Shown: positions 48,201-58,200 of the stretch, piece after piece
Position numbering within the stretch: position 1 is the first letter of the stretch
Layout of the letters: each line of letters begins with the position of its first letter
Virus record (IMG/VR): IMGVR_UViG_3300026076_000113
Location: 7,903-71,902 of that record
From: a virus
DNA length: 64,000 nt
Strand: one strand, 5' to 3'
Program-made: the position numbers and the translations under genes
The notes under the pieces: model-generated
Database searches by the model: none
Told to the model about the DNA's origin: nothing
Seen by the model: the letters and a program-made list of their open reading frames with translations, nothing else

Positions 48201-50402
48201 AGCAATCCTTAGTGTATTACCAGATTCATCTGCAATAACTTCACCACTCTTAAATACACCAAATAGACCCTTTAACATTAGGGTTTTATTCTTAGTATAT
48301 GATCCTGTAGAAGTTCCTTCTATGACACCATATGCACCGCTTTCAAGACCTCTAACATATTGTCCTGGAGTGAAACTACCAGAGATTGAAATCTTATCAT
48401 CTAACTGTATCTTAGTAAAGAAGTTAGGATCGAAATATGATAGTCCAAATGTACTATTATATGTTGCATCACCATTAGATAATCTTCCTTTAGAGATAAC
48501 AATATCAGTGTCAGAATTAAATCCAGCACCTCTCTCTAATAGAGTATAGTTACTAGGTTTTGCAATACCAACTACAGGAGTAATTGTTTCGTTATAGTCA
48601 ACAATCTTACCGAAAGGAACTGAACCAGGTGTCTCAGCATCATTCTCATTGATATAGATGAATCTGTACTTATTAGCATCAGTCTCATCATATTCAATAA
48701 GGAAGTCATCTAAAAGATTCTTTTGTGCAGTTACAGTAATCTCTAGGAATGTAACTGTATCATCTGGATTAGATTCAATTCTAGGAACTTTAGAATAAGA
48801 TAGAACTTCAAAACTATTTGCTATAATAGTACTTCCACGTGATTGAATATACCAAAGAGTTGGAATACCATCAGCAGTAGTTCTAAAGTTAGCACCAGTA
48901 AGACCAGCAACACGTGTTGCATAGTTGTTATCAACTTCGATATAGATTGTCTTAATACCTGAGTTGATATCAAAGAAAGAACCTCTCCTATTAATAGTCT
49001 GCTTAGGATCAGTTGCAGTCTCAGTATTATTCATACCGATAGATCCATCATTAAATGCAGCAGACAGATAGATGTTAGGATATGATGTAAGTTCAGATCC
49101 CTCTGAGTTTACTGGGATTGAACTATAGTTATTAGTAATTCTGTAGGTTGGTAGACCTTTAGTTTTAAGACGTATATCTTCTCTGTTTAGAGTTTCACGT
49201 GCTTTATCAACATCAATATATTTTGTCTCTTTATTGATAATCTCATAACCCTTAATATATGCCTTACCTGGACCAACACTAGCAACTAACTTCTTACCAG
49301 CATCAGACTCTGAAATACCATTTACAAGACCAGTCTCTACATTCTTACCATAGATACCAAGATTACCATTCTTCTGATAATACTCTCTCACATCAAGTGA
49401 GAAGTTATCAACAACGTAATCACCAGACTCATCATAAGTTCTACGTGCAAGAGTCTGTTCTAATAGGTTATAATCAGTTTGTGTTACTTGTGTTTGTACA
49501 ACACCACTCTTGATCTGAAGTAGTTTGATGAAATTCTTATCTGTCTTTTCATCTAATGCGTATACAATGAGACTCAACTTGAGACTCAATCTATGAGCAC
49601 CAGGCGCAGAATAATTAGAAGACCCTATTGAATTATCATAGAGACTTGCATCTTCTTCAGGAGTTACAATACTCTCATTAATTTTAAAACCAACCTTAGC
49701 AGATGGTTTGTCATAATATTTGTCGATGACCAATAACTGTGCATCGTTTCTTACAAAATATCCATTAACAAAATAAATTCCTTCTTCTACTTTAACAGCA
49801 GAAGCATATCCCATTGCAGGACTCTCTAACGCCGTTGATATACCTGTGTCAGGATCAGTAACAGAAATACTAGTAGGAAGTACGCTTCCATCGGTTCCAA
49901 CCACCATCAGTGGTGTATTAACACCGTCTACGACCTCTAGGGTCTCACCTTGACGGAATGTGTCCTCATTTCCAGCATCACCACTATTGGTGTATGTAAC
50001 ATATAATACATCAGCAGCAGTTTCTGTTGCTGTAGCAGATTGAAGGACAGTTGCAATAACTCCAGAAGTTAATCCTTTAACCTGACGGTTTACTAATTGT
50101 GATACATCATATTTCTTATAAACTATCTGACCATCTTGGTTTGTAGGTATCTCAGATACCGAAGATAGTTTTACATAATGTAATTTATTATTAAATCCAA
50201 TTTCACCAGGAATGACCAATTCACCCTGTTTAAAAGCATACTTACCAAACTGCTCAATTTGATTTTGCAGTAAAGACTGAAGCTGCGTTAACTCTCTCGC
50301 TTGGACAGAATATCCAGGGCGAAAGAGTACTTTGTAAAAGTTTTTGTCAGTGTCAAAATCGTCGTAATATGGTGCGACATTAAGATTCGTCTTTTGAGGC
50401 AT
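42294..50402 (-). CDS. Giant baseplate-associated structural protein, VrlC/DUF4815-like (2702 aa)
   Basis: NLNVAPYYDDFD..KNFYKVLFRPG..VQARELTQLQS start, LARRTYDESGDY, RYTMRDIGKLEKRI..LEYYT.L, C-terminal P.I.D.RAVA. Confidence 0.88.
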   Translation of the reverse strand: MPQKTNLNVAPYYDDFDTDKNFYKVLFRPGYSVQARELTQLQSLLQNQIEQFGKYAFKQGELVIPGEIGFNNKLHYVKLSSVSEIPTNQDGQIVYKKYDVSQLVNRQVKGLTSGVIATVLQSATATETAADVLYVTYTNSGDAGNEDTFRQGETLEVVDGVNTPLMVVGTDGSVLPTSISVTDPDTGISTALESPAMGYASAVKVEEGIYFVNGYFVRNDAQLLVIDKYYDKPSAKVGFKINESIVTPEEDASLYDNSIGSSNYSAPGAHRLSLKLSLIVYALDEKTDKNFIKLLQIKSGVVQTQVTQTDYNLLEQTLARRTYDESGDYVVDNFSLDVREYYQKNGNLGIYGKNVETGLVNGISESDAGKKLVASVGPGKAYIKGYEIINKETKYIDVDKARETLNREDIRLKTKGLPTYRITNNYSSIPVNSEGSELTSYPNIYLSAAFNDGSIGMNNTETATDPKQTINRRGSFFDINSGIKTIYIEVDNNYATRVAGLTGANFRTTADGIPTLWYIQSRGSTIIANSFEVLSYSKVPRIESNPDDTVTFLEITVTAQKNLLDDFLIEYDETDANKYRFIYINENDAETPGSVPFGKIVDYNETITPVVGIAKPSNYTLLERGAGFNSDTDIVISKGRLSNGDATYNSTFGLSYFDPNFFTKIQLDDKISISGSFTPGQYVRGLESGAYGVIEGTSTGSYTKNKTLMLKGLFGVFKSGEVIADESGNTLRIAKDNTISHFIVNSRGANHSSTATIRIDGVEYDNSKIKVDVSGDQLVWRVSILDRDAALVEYSQPPLVEIIDAGATSSAVVTPVLVRNAITTYTPQNVKSFYSQFGSGNANTFTADIEINKEKYSEVVSVTDFTFSGNKGRKYIECTGFGGDATTFVIHGDLIQFTDDTGNLVRGVVQQSTKPAGVYKSRIYLDRSLPNTVTNASVVRVRPSIENFNQGTLLYKTGSNQISSIVANSDDSKITYYLRRDFISTGSGGSGSITFAAQLPFGTQRFVSFSESNFLITILDPGDAPDVAAGDVVYITSDQVEIKASTDAASGLTSGSVKLNLPAGYFGSASYTTYPTLKLTATLEVTKAKPRLKTANLNKRIIVESAGDKVIPFRGRDYDTESLDVYSYADAFNLKYVYEGSSSTPPVVDKAGNLVTGTDVTNRFTFDDGQRDTIYDISRLVIKPGFEAPVGQLVIAFDYFDHTSGDFITVDSYLHEAGVGPEEIPSFNSPVLGKVSLKDVLDFRPKVDNDAIIGGYQNTSLLSAPNSRSFTGTGGIVSSTPAPDSNLEYTFSFTQTQYLDRIDGLFLNKKGQFIVKQGNSSLNPSKPDVISDAIALYYMYIPAFTQTGKDVRITPVDNRRYTMRDIGKLEKRIERLEYYTTLSILEQQALNMQITDSAGVNRFKSGFIVDNFETHRIGSLKSLDYKCSIDTQQSVLRSQAKEDSIGLVEVNTRDDQRSVSGYQKTGDVVTLPYHELELLGNNFATDTVNPNPFVVLQYVGDSFIGPNVDSWYDTSVEPLVTDNNTNLYSIFLAKENLKEAFSSLYNSYKVNWIGANQAFYNIGSFAEVNSNIADSNVATASVGTSSNISPQNNEVGKGLVTKGVGSNVVATSLSYFARSIPVKFKINRLKPNTKVYVFMEGRDIGRWVNPDLKYTGIAANSLSAFNGSITTDNNGNASGVILVPAGIPPRENAVWTGSVDTVSYDSDADELRFSTGVKTIRFTSSSTDAETESVETFAEVKFYATGIVPENPSSIISTRPAFFKANEGTQIVGSNTENPIRPNPFAQTFKVDGYDGGVFVTSLDLFFNKKSDNIPLRVYLTDVVSGKPGKNIIPGTQKVLTPETFLKVVSSDTLTITKGEKVTGSKSNASGPVSKVIDKNNIEIVASTTGLFTLTNDQVYTVVLDNNNGKNFVQDELLNVTSITQANNANNTQFTLTIAKDSGRVTGLNVANTGSGYESAIITIESPQLPGGGNATATVRVSQGLVYDAEMTLAGSGYTEPPSIVLRGTGSGNAGAQIESEITIDTPAVRMGIAIDETGETQSITPTKFGFDFPVYLENDTEYALAIETDSVDYELWSSKLGGVEVATSQIVTTQPALGSLFRSQNTGDWTEDLFEDVKFVLNRAEFDISRTASLLLANDDLGFEALDHHPIETNAEANTTATSTLFKNNNYVVKVNHRDNGFDIDKSWVYFKNAEDVGGVTASSINSNLYKVSNTGVDYYNITGSTRASGNSFGGGTNVLATYNRKFEKLFASISNLTFSQTKIDSFVKTTNVSPIDDNVGTFVSYSQTDYEKTFLNEDFYFINQKIVASKINETANSIDNSLTYKLDLSSTVTHLSPVIDLSRASVKTITNRIEAAKGSEDRYGRRNQVVTFLPVFSFTASGLQGAEVINNNQTLVGVTSKAEGTIVKVDGSTVYVKVNTVNTFVAGETVTFSGQSFTGTITVGTDGLVKFAFDIPNTTSPPTYVTARNPSVVAQTYDNKISGKIVLWNSKAGELTTVNDKQPINNDYTGRLIDSSSFDRNANVDDQLNDIFRVGDLISYPNQPVDEASFIEIAKVSYEDGVDFIRETQSKNSSGISKYVTKEVAIENPATSIDVKLTANVTDTKNLMILYKIKKSSSQENFEDIEWIYFNEAGEPDVDTIASSENAISGITEKQSSYQELSYSIENLPEFSSYAVKIVMKSNNPAFVPKIQDMRAVASY

Positions 50403-50432
50403 TGCAACCAGTCTCTAATAACGGTGGGTAAA

Positions 50433-52193
50433 TTAGAATTCGATTACTAGTTTGATGTCCTCAATTTGGTCAGCAGCTCTAGTAATTTGTCTTCTGTTCT
50501 CTATGTATACGATTTCGCCAGAGTTTGCAGCGATTTCGGGGGATGCAAGACCTCCTGTTAGAGCGATTCCTGATACAGTGCCAGTAGCACCTGTATCGAT
50601 TGCTCCACTAGCAGTAGATGCTTGTCCTACAACAGCATTTGAGGCATTCGATTCGAATGCTCTTGCTACACCAGAATCACTATGTAACTCTGGAGATTGA
50701 TAATACTTAAGGATGCCAGATGCGGAATCCCAAGACACAACTTTACCGTATGCTGTACCACCAGTAACTGATTGGAAAATATCTTCGTCAACAGTGTAAT
50801 CTGATGTTGCTCCATTAATCTTTAGTACAGATGTACCACGTAATGTTGAAGCAGAAGCATAGTTAGTTGTACCATAATCAAATGGGTCTTGAACGATACC
50901 GATACGACGGAAATCGTTATCTACAGGGAAGTCACCTGAACCCTCATCATATGTCAAACGAATGTTCGTCATGACTCTCTTAGAGAATAGTTCATTCTCT
51001 GCGTCAGAACCATGTCCTCCAGCAGGAGAAATAACAACTTCTATAGAAGCAACTCCAGTAAATGAACTTGCAGCGGCTGTAAGACCAGCATCTGTAAATA
51101 CTTTACCTGTTTCAAGAATTGTAGATCCATAAGTGTATCCAGTACCTGCTGCTTCCATTTCAGCAGTTGTGATACTTCCAGAACCGTCTGTAGCGAATTT
51201 AACAATACCACCACTACCATCACCATATACAGGAGTATAAAGTGTTGATGTAGCTGGGAGAGCACTTCCAGCATCTTCTACAACTGCTACATGAACTCCA
51301 CCATCAATTGCTTGACCTTCAACAGTTACTCTACTTGCTTCAGTCTTCTCTACAACAGGCAAGAAGTCTGTAGATAGGAATGAAAGAACGTCAGCAGTAG
51401 GAAGTGTAAACATGTGCTTCCAAATATATCCAGCAGTACCAGTAGGTTCTGTGTAGATACCATTAGCAAATGCACCTTGTCCACCAGCAGGCTGTGACTT
51501 AGGCTCATAAGTAGCATTCTGTCCAGTTGGGTTGGCAGGGTTCTCACCGTTATAAAGACACTTAAAGACTTCATAACTTGAGTTCATTACATAGAACTTA
51601 CCATCCGATAGGGCAGTTTGACCAGTAGCAGATGACTTACCAACTGCACCACCGCCACCTGGAGTAGGTGCGTATGATGGACGGTACATGTCATACTTAG
51701 GATTTAGTGAAAGGTTCCAGTTGTAACGTGGAATAACTAGACGAGCAAATGGTCCTGTAATACGCTTGGCAGCAATCAGTTCATTATAAATTGCTAGTTT
51801 CTCAGAATAGTTGTCAATTGGAGCAGGAGGTGCTTCTTCAGTAGCATACCTATAAACTCCAGACTTTGCAGTAGCACTTGAAGTACCACCAGTGATGGCA
51901 GTTCCAAATGGAGGTGTTGTAGTTGCAGTAGGAAGAACGTTGTTAACAAGAATACTATTCTCATTAACCTCAGCAACTGTTGCTGACCATCCACCACCTG
52001 AAACAGTTTCACCTGCTACAAATGTACCTGATACATTGAATACCTCAATGTAAGCATCCCATTTTGCAGATCTTCCTACGAAGAAATACATTCTGGTTCG
52101 AGCTGCATCCGCATCGTTTGCGCCTTCGCTCAATGACTCTAGGAATTGCTTCGCATTGAAGATCCTAAATTTTTCTGAAATAATAGCTGCCAT
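50433..52193 (-). CDS. gp8: Baseplate wedge subunit
   Basis: AIIS.KFRIFNA..F, IPRYNW, FYVMNS.Y.VFKCL.NG, GYIWK.M, NDFRRIGIV.DP, SGEIVYIENR..ITR..DQ.EDIKLVIEF. Confidence 0.92.
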   Translation of the reverse strand: MAAIISEKFRIFNAKQFLESLSEGANDADAARTRMYFFVGRSAKWDAYIEVFNVSGTFVAGETVSGGGWSATVAEVNENSILVNNVLPTATTTPPFGTAITGGTSSATAKSGVYRYATEEAPPAPIDNYSEKLAIYNELIAAKRITGPFARLVIPRYNWNLSLNPKYDMYRPSYAPTPGGGGAVGKSSATGQTALSDGKFYVMNSSYEVFKCLYNGENPANPTGQNATYEPKSQPAGGQGAFANGIYTEPTGTAGYIWKHMFTLPTADVLSFLSTDFLPVVEKTEASRVTVEGQAIDGGVHVAVVEDAGSALPATSTLYTPVYGDGSGGIVKFATDGSGSITTAEMEAAGTGYTYGSTILETGKVFTDAGLTAAASSFTGVASIEVVISPAGGHGSDAENELFSKRVMTNIRLTYDEGSGDFPVDNDFRRIGIVQDPFDYGTTNYASASTLRGTSVLKINGATSDYTVDEDIFQSVTGGTAYGKVVSWDSASGILKYYQSPELHSDSGVARAFESNASNAVVGQASTASGAIDTGATGTVSGIALTGGLASPEIAANSGEIVYIENRRQITRAADQIEDIKLVIEF

Positions 52194-52234
52194 AGCACTG
52201 GTCTCTAAATGTTAAATTAAGACTAAATCCGAGT

Positions 52235-52252
52235 TATTTATATTTATTTATA
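52235..52252 (-). promoter_or_regulatory. Two tandem T4-type late promoters TATAAATA (52235-52242, 52245-52252)
   Basis: Exact matches upstream of gp8. Confidence 0.8.
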
Positions 52253-55200
52253 GGGCGTTTCTGATGTACTCTCCAATGAGGTGTTCCTCGATAGGGGAGT
52301 TATCTACGCCTCTTTCGCATCCTGTAAATCGATCACTCAACTTGCCAGTGTAACTGATCTTCTCACGACCAACGAAAATGGTTCCTGATGATGCAAAGTT
52401 AGTAGTGTTTGCATAGACAATAGCACCTGTTGCTACATATCCTCCACCACTAGCATCTGGCAAGTCTGCTGTGTTCAACTGAGTTATATAGTAGTTGATG
52501 GATGGGTTAACAAAGTTCCACTTGATGTTACCAACGTATTGAGTACCACGTGCATTATGAATCTCTTCAATGGTGAAATTCCACTTGCTAATCTCTTCCA
52601 GTGTATACTCGGATACTGGAATACCAGCTGTGGAAAGTACATCACCAGTGTCTAATTGACCACCGATAGTACTATAACTGACACGGTTAAATGTCTGTGG
52701 AGTTGGTCCTAATATTGCGGAACTATATGTGTTATAATAAGAAAAATAATTATCAACAGCACCAGTTTCGATATATTTAATTAACTGCTTATTGAAGTTA
52801 ACATTAAATGTCGCAACAGATCTAATAGTTCTAGTTTTTTCAATTTCAATCTCTACTGATGATCCCATAGGAGCAGAGGTGACTGAAGTTGGCCATGATC
52901 TAACGATCTCTTTACTAATAACAAATCCACCAAGATCTCTAACCAATTGGAATGTAGAAATAACTTTTGGTTTGTTTGCAGGAGCAAGATAGGATCCACC
53001 ACCTTGACCACCAGCACCACCTCCACCAGGAGCTCCACCAGATCCAGCTGGTCCTCCAGGTAGAACACCACCAATTAACTCAACACCCTTAATAGGAACA
53101 ATTTCACTTACTACATTAACAGGAGACTTCTTCAACAATGTAGTTGTGAAGATCAATCCCATTAAACTATCAATCTTTCTGTCACGTCTCTTGATGACAA
53201 CAAATCTTCTAGCAACACTAACTTTAGGTGCGTTCACATATCCAGAACCACCACGTATTAATTTAATGTCAACAATCTGACCCCTACTGACTATTACTTC
53301 AGCCTTTGCTCCACCACCAATACCATCTTCAGGAACGAAGTGTAATACTGGAGGAGTATCGTATCCATATGCAGTAGTAGGTTCAATAATACCTGAATCA
53401 TAATATAATTGAAGACTCTTTTTATTCCATTCTAGACTTGTTACTTTATCACCAGTAAGTGTACATGTAACACTTAATCCAACTCCTTTGACATCACCAT
53501 TATAGTTTGTAGTCTTTACAGAACCAAAGAAACTAGATGATATCTCAGAACCAGCTCTATAATCTTTAGGATTTACATATCTTGGTAATCCTTGTATATC
53601 TCTATAAGCATCTTCACCATCAATCTTAATCTGATCACCTTCATTTAAGTAAGCAATTCCATTCTTTGATTGATAGTATGCATTCTCTGCTACAGCACTA
53701 TCATATATCCATGCAGAAGCATTTCTCTGCATCTTATAATTGTTATACTCATCTTTCTGGTAAGAAAGTGTACTAGGAACATTAACTTCATATTCACCTG
53801 TACCAGTAGAGAAGTATAACGGTTCTGAACCATTGAATATAGGATTGTTACCAGCAATGACTAGTTTAACTGATCTATCACTCAGTGTTTCAATATACTT
53901 GATCTCACCTATGATATTCTTAACAGATCCATTCTTTTGATAAGCATATCTAGAGAAATCATAATTTACCTTAACCCAACTATTCAATCCATCGAATGTG
54001 TTAGGATTAGTATCTGTAATTGTTAATTCTAATTTATTGAAATACTTACCAGGTTGGAAATCATGTAAAGTAATTGTCTGTTGTACGTCTCTACCATACA
54101 ACAACATAATCTCTACATTGTTCTTAGCAAATATCTTTCTTGTAAATCTTATAGCAGGTCCAGTGATAGTATATGATTCTGTCTGTCTCTGTAATACACC
54201 ATCAATAAAGACAAAAGCATAATCAGCATCATCTACCTTCTTAACTTCTTTAGTAGCACTATCAAGTAAAATAAACGGACCAGCAGATCCATCTAATATA
54301 CCAGAAGTCTCAATCTCACATCTATAATAGTTACCTATACCATGCATAGCAATATTTTCTACTGCTAGTGGTTCATATACAGTTTTAGTATTTGCTTCTT
54401 GACCCCAGATAGGTGCTCCAGAGAATACTATCTTATTTGGTGATGTAGTTCTATCAATATAGTATGCAGAGTCATGTTGTACGACACCACTTATTGAAAC
54501 TAGAAGATTCTCATTAACATCAGTTACTACCTCTTCACCATCATCATAATATAAGTCAAATATTTTATTTTCATTGTTAACGTAGTCAGGAAGTGATACT
54601 ACAGCAGTTCCAGGACCAGTTACAATAGTTGCCTTAAGGTTTTCATATAATTGATCTAAAGCAGACTCTACATCTGCACACTTAGGAGTGAAAGGACTAT
54701 TAGTACGAATATTAGAATCAATGAATGGATCTAATGTTGTATACGTACCAGTAGGCAACACATTCCTCATTGCTAATACAGCAAGATCCTTAGTTTTCTC
54801 AAATGCCTTGATAGTTGGTTCAATCTCACCTGTAATAAAATCAAGGAGATCATTATTGTAATATGCTTCACCAGCAAGGATAGTCTTTTGGTTACCACCA
54901 AATCTTAAATCATGCTCTAACGCATCTACTACTAGACCAATATCTCTATGACATGTTGGACCTAGTGTACCCCATGTAAGATCTGGATATTGTACTTTAA
55001 TATAACCTAATGTCTCTGACTGGATATATGCTCTATTCATTGCTACTAAGTTAGCAGCATCAATCCAAGTTCCTTCCCTTTGCCATATATTTCTAAGTTT
55101 CTTAAGATACCTAGCATTCAATGCATCAGTCTTAAATTCAAACCACCTACCATAGAATCTAACCTGTGGTATATCCTGACCCTCATGGGTTCTTGGACCT

Positions 55201-58200
55201 AATGGTGGTGATGAGAATGTAATATTGTTACCATTAAGAACATATGCAGAACCAGGTTCCTGAATGATACCATCAAGAGTGATAGTCAATGCTTGTGCAT
55301 TATATGGTGTTACAGCATTACCAGCAGCATCTACAAGTACAAATGTAGTCTGTCCTTCAAGGTTGCCCTTGTCAGTGAATGCACCAGTAAAGTTTGCATT
55401 AAGGAATACCTGTTTAGCTCTGACTTCTTCTGTAGAGAATGTATCACGTGATACAGAACCTAACCCTTGTTCTACTTTAAGTTGCTCAGTCTTAATAATA
55501 GAAGTACTGATTTGTTTTTTGGTACTAACAACAGTGATCTTATTCTTCTCTGGATTCCATAATTGAATTCTAGTAGAATGTCCACTTGATGTAATAGGAG
55601 ACATTCTGACATGTGCATCAGATTCAATAATAACTTCACCAAATAACTGGAAACCAGCAGGGTGAGTAGTCTGTTTTATTAAATCTCTCCAAACATCAAT
55701 TGAAGTCTTAGACTGAACAACATATGAATAATCCTGATAGTAATAAGTATCAGTAATCTTCTGATTAGATGAACTGACTATACCTTGATCATCACTATAT
55801 GATCCTAGATTATCAAAGTAAGTTTTAATCTCTGGTGTAAACTCAGTATATGAAATACTATCAAGATCAGCAGTGTGTCCTTTAGCAAGACCCTTAATAG
55901 ATAACTTCTCTCTAAAGAGACCAGTTACATCCTTAACAGATAAAATGTTAGATCCTTTTCTCCATGCTGTAACTGTTCCTCTAGCAGTTTCTATACCACC
56001 AATATGCTGAACTACACGTTCACCAATTTTAAATGCATTAACATCAAAATTAGATATAGTGAGTATATAATTTGATCTAATAGTAGAACTTAACGTAGTA
56101 TCACTATGATAAGTACCACCATTGTTAATAATACGAATATTTCTAGGAACTCCTATATCAGAACTCTCAAGATATACTTTAGTATCACTTTCTACGATTG
56201 TAACTTCTGGAGCAACAGTATAATCAGATCCAGCATCCTTAACAAGAATACCAGTAACGATTCCATTATCACTTACTACATCTAATTTGGCATTTCCTTC
56301 AACTATTGCTTTTGGTTTTGAATATTGTGAACCAGCATTAGTTATAGTTACAGCATCAATTCTACCATCGTAAATGCTAGTGATAGCAGTGGATCTCAGC
56401 GTCTCTGTTGGTAGGACACCAACTACTATTGGTAGTTTCTTATATTCACCACCAATATTGATAACATTGATTTTATCAATAGCACCAATAGAGAACTTAG
56501 ACTCTGATGTGTATGTGACAGTTCCAGAACCGTCATGGGGTGCAGGAGTACCTGTGTCATATACAACAGAATCACTAGTTACTGCTAATGCTTTCTTTAC
56601 ACCCTGAAGAGGATCAGATACTACATTTAAGTAACCTGTCTCACGTGATGTAACGTTATTACGATCAAAATAGAAATACTTAGAATACCTTAGTGGTACT
56701 TTTGTACTATAGGTGTTTGTAGCAACTCTTGCTCCAAATCCCAATTTAATATTAACAATATCACCAGAATCAACTTTCTCTGGGGTATTGATGTTATAAT
56801 TGATACTAGGAGATATATCAAATTCCCTGTCTGCCATTGAGGAGTGAGATACATCAAAGTTGTATCTATAGAATTCCTTAATGTTTAGTATAGGATTTCT
56901 GACGAAATTTATTTGGTCTGTGGAAAACTCAAATACTTCAATTGGATCACTAGCTTCAACAACCCTTACAAGTCTCTTATCTTCACTTGTATCATAGAAT
57001 ACAGTACTTAAACCAACACGATTGATATCACTCAATTTTGAGTTGTAATCCCATACAACCTCTGCTTTCTGAGTAATTGGATCATATGACTGTATAGATG
57101 CATCTCCAGCAAGGTTACCAGTCTTATAACCCCTATCAAGTGTATAACCAGGAACATACAGTGTGACAGTTGCATCATTGTAATGGTCTACAGCAATTGT
57201 TCCCTGTTCTGCTCTACGTACAATAAACTCATTACCACTCTTAGAGATGATGTATATGATCTCATCACCAATCTGAATATAATCCTGTGTGGTAAAACCT
57301 ATACTACTGTCTACAGTGATAGTAGTCTCAGTGAGTCCCAAACCGATATGATCCACCTCTAACTGTAGTACAGGTGTACTAGTATCAGTCTTAACTAAAT
57401 CAGTATCACCAACAGTAAGAACTTCAAACTTCAGATACCCAGTACCTTTGTTTTTAATCTTAACACTTGTTACACTACCACTAGCATCAACTATGAAATC
57501 TGCTGTTGCACCAGTTCCTGTTCCCCCTTTAAGAGCGATATCAGGATACATCCCAGCTGTATAATCCTCACCACCATTCAAGATGGTAGTTCTACCAATA
57601 CCTGTGTCATTAAGAGCAGTAGTTTGAGCTGGTGACTGGAACGTTACTTCCTGGTAGATTCTGCTTCTTACATACTGTGTAGTAGTTGTCTCAGTATCAT
57701 CAGGTATGATGTCAATCTCAATATCATCACCTATGCCCACTCCATGACTACTAGCAGTCTTTAGAATTGCTATATTGTTATTGATTGTAAAGACATTCAA
57801 TCCAGAACTCAAAGATGTGGTACTAATCAACTTAGAACCAACACTATCAATCAAATTGCTACTTCTAATGAAATAGTCATCAGTAACATTGTAATCTCCA
57901 CTTGTTACTTTAACTTTAACTGTATTCTTACTTGTTGTACTTTCTAATACTTCTCCTACTGCAATAGTAGTAGCAACACCATCAGTATAACTTAAGTTTG
58001 CACCTTTTGTATAAGATGAATTCTCATCCAATATTAGAGTTACTACTTTAGTATTTGAGTATAGTGGATCTGTAGTTGTGAATACACCATTAGCATCTCT
58101 TAGTGTAATTGTACTACCACTAAACACATCACCAACTATCTTACCAGTAGAACCAGTAGTTGATTGTGTTATAGTATCTCCATCAAACAGATATGCAGTA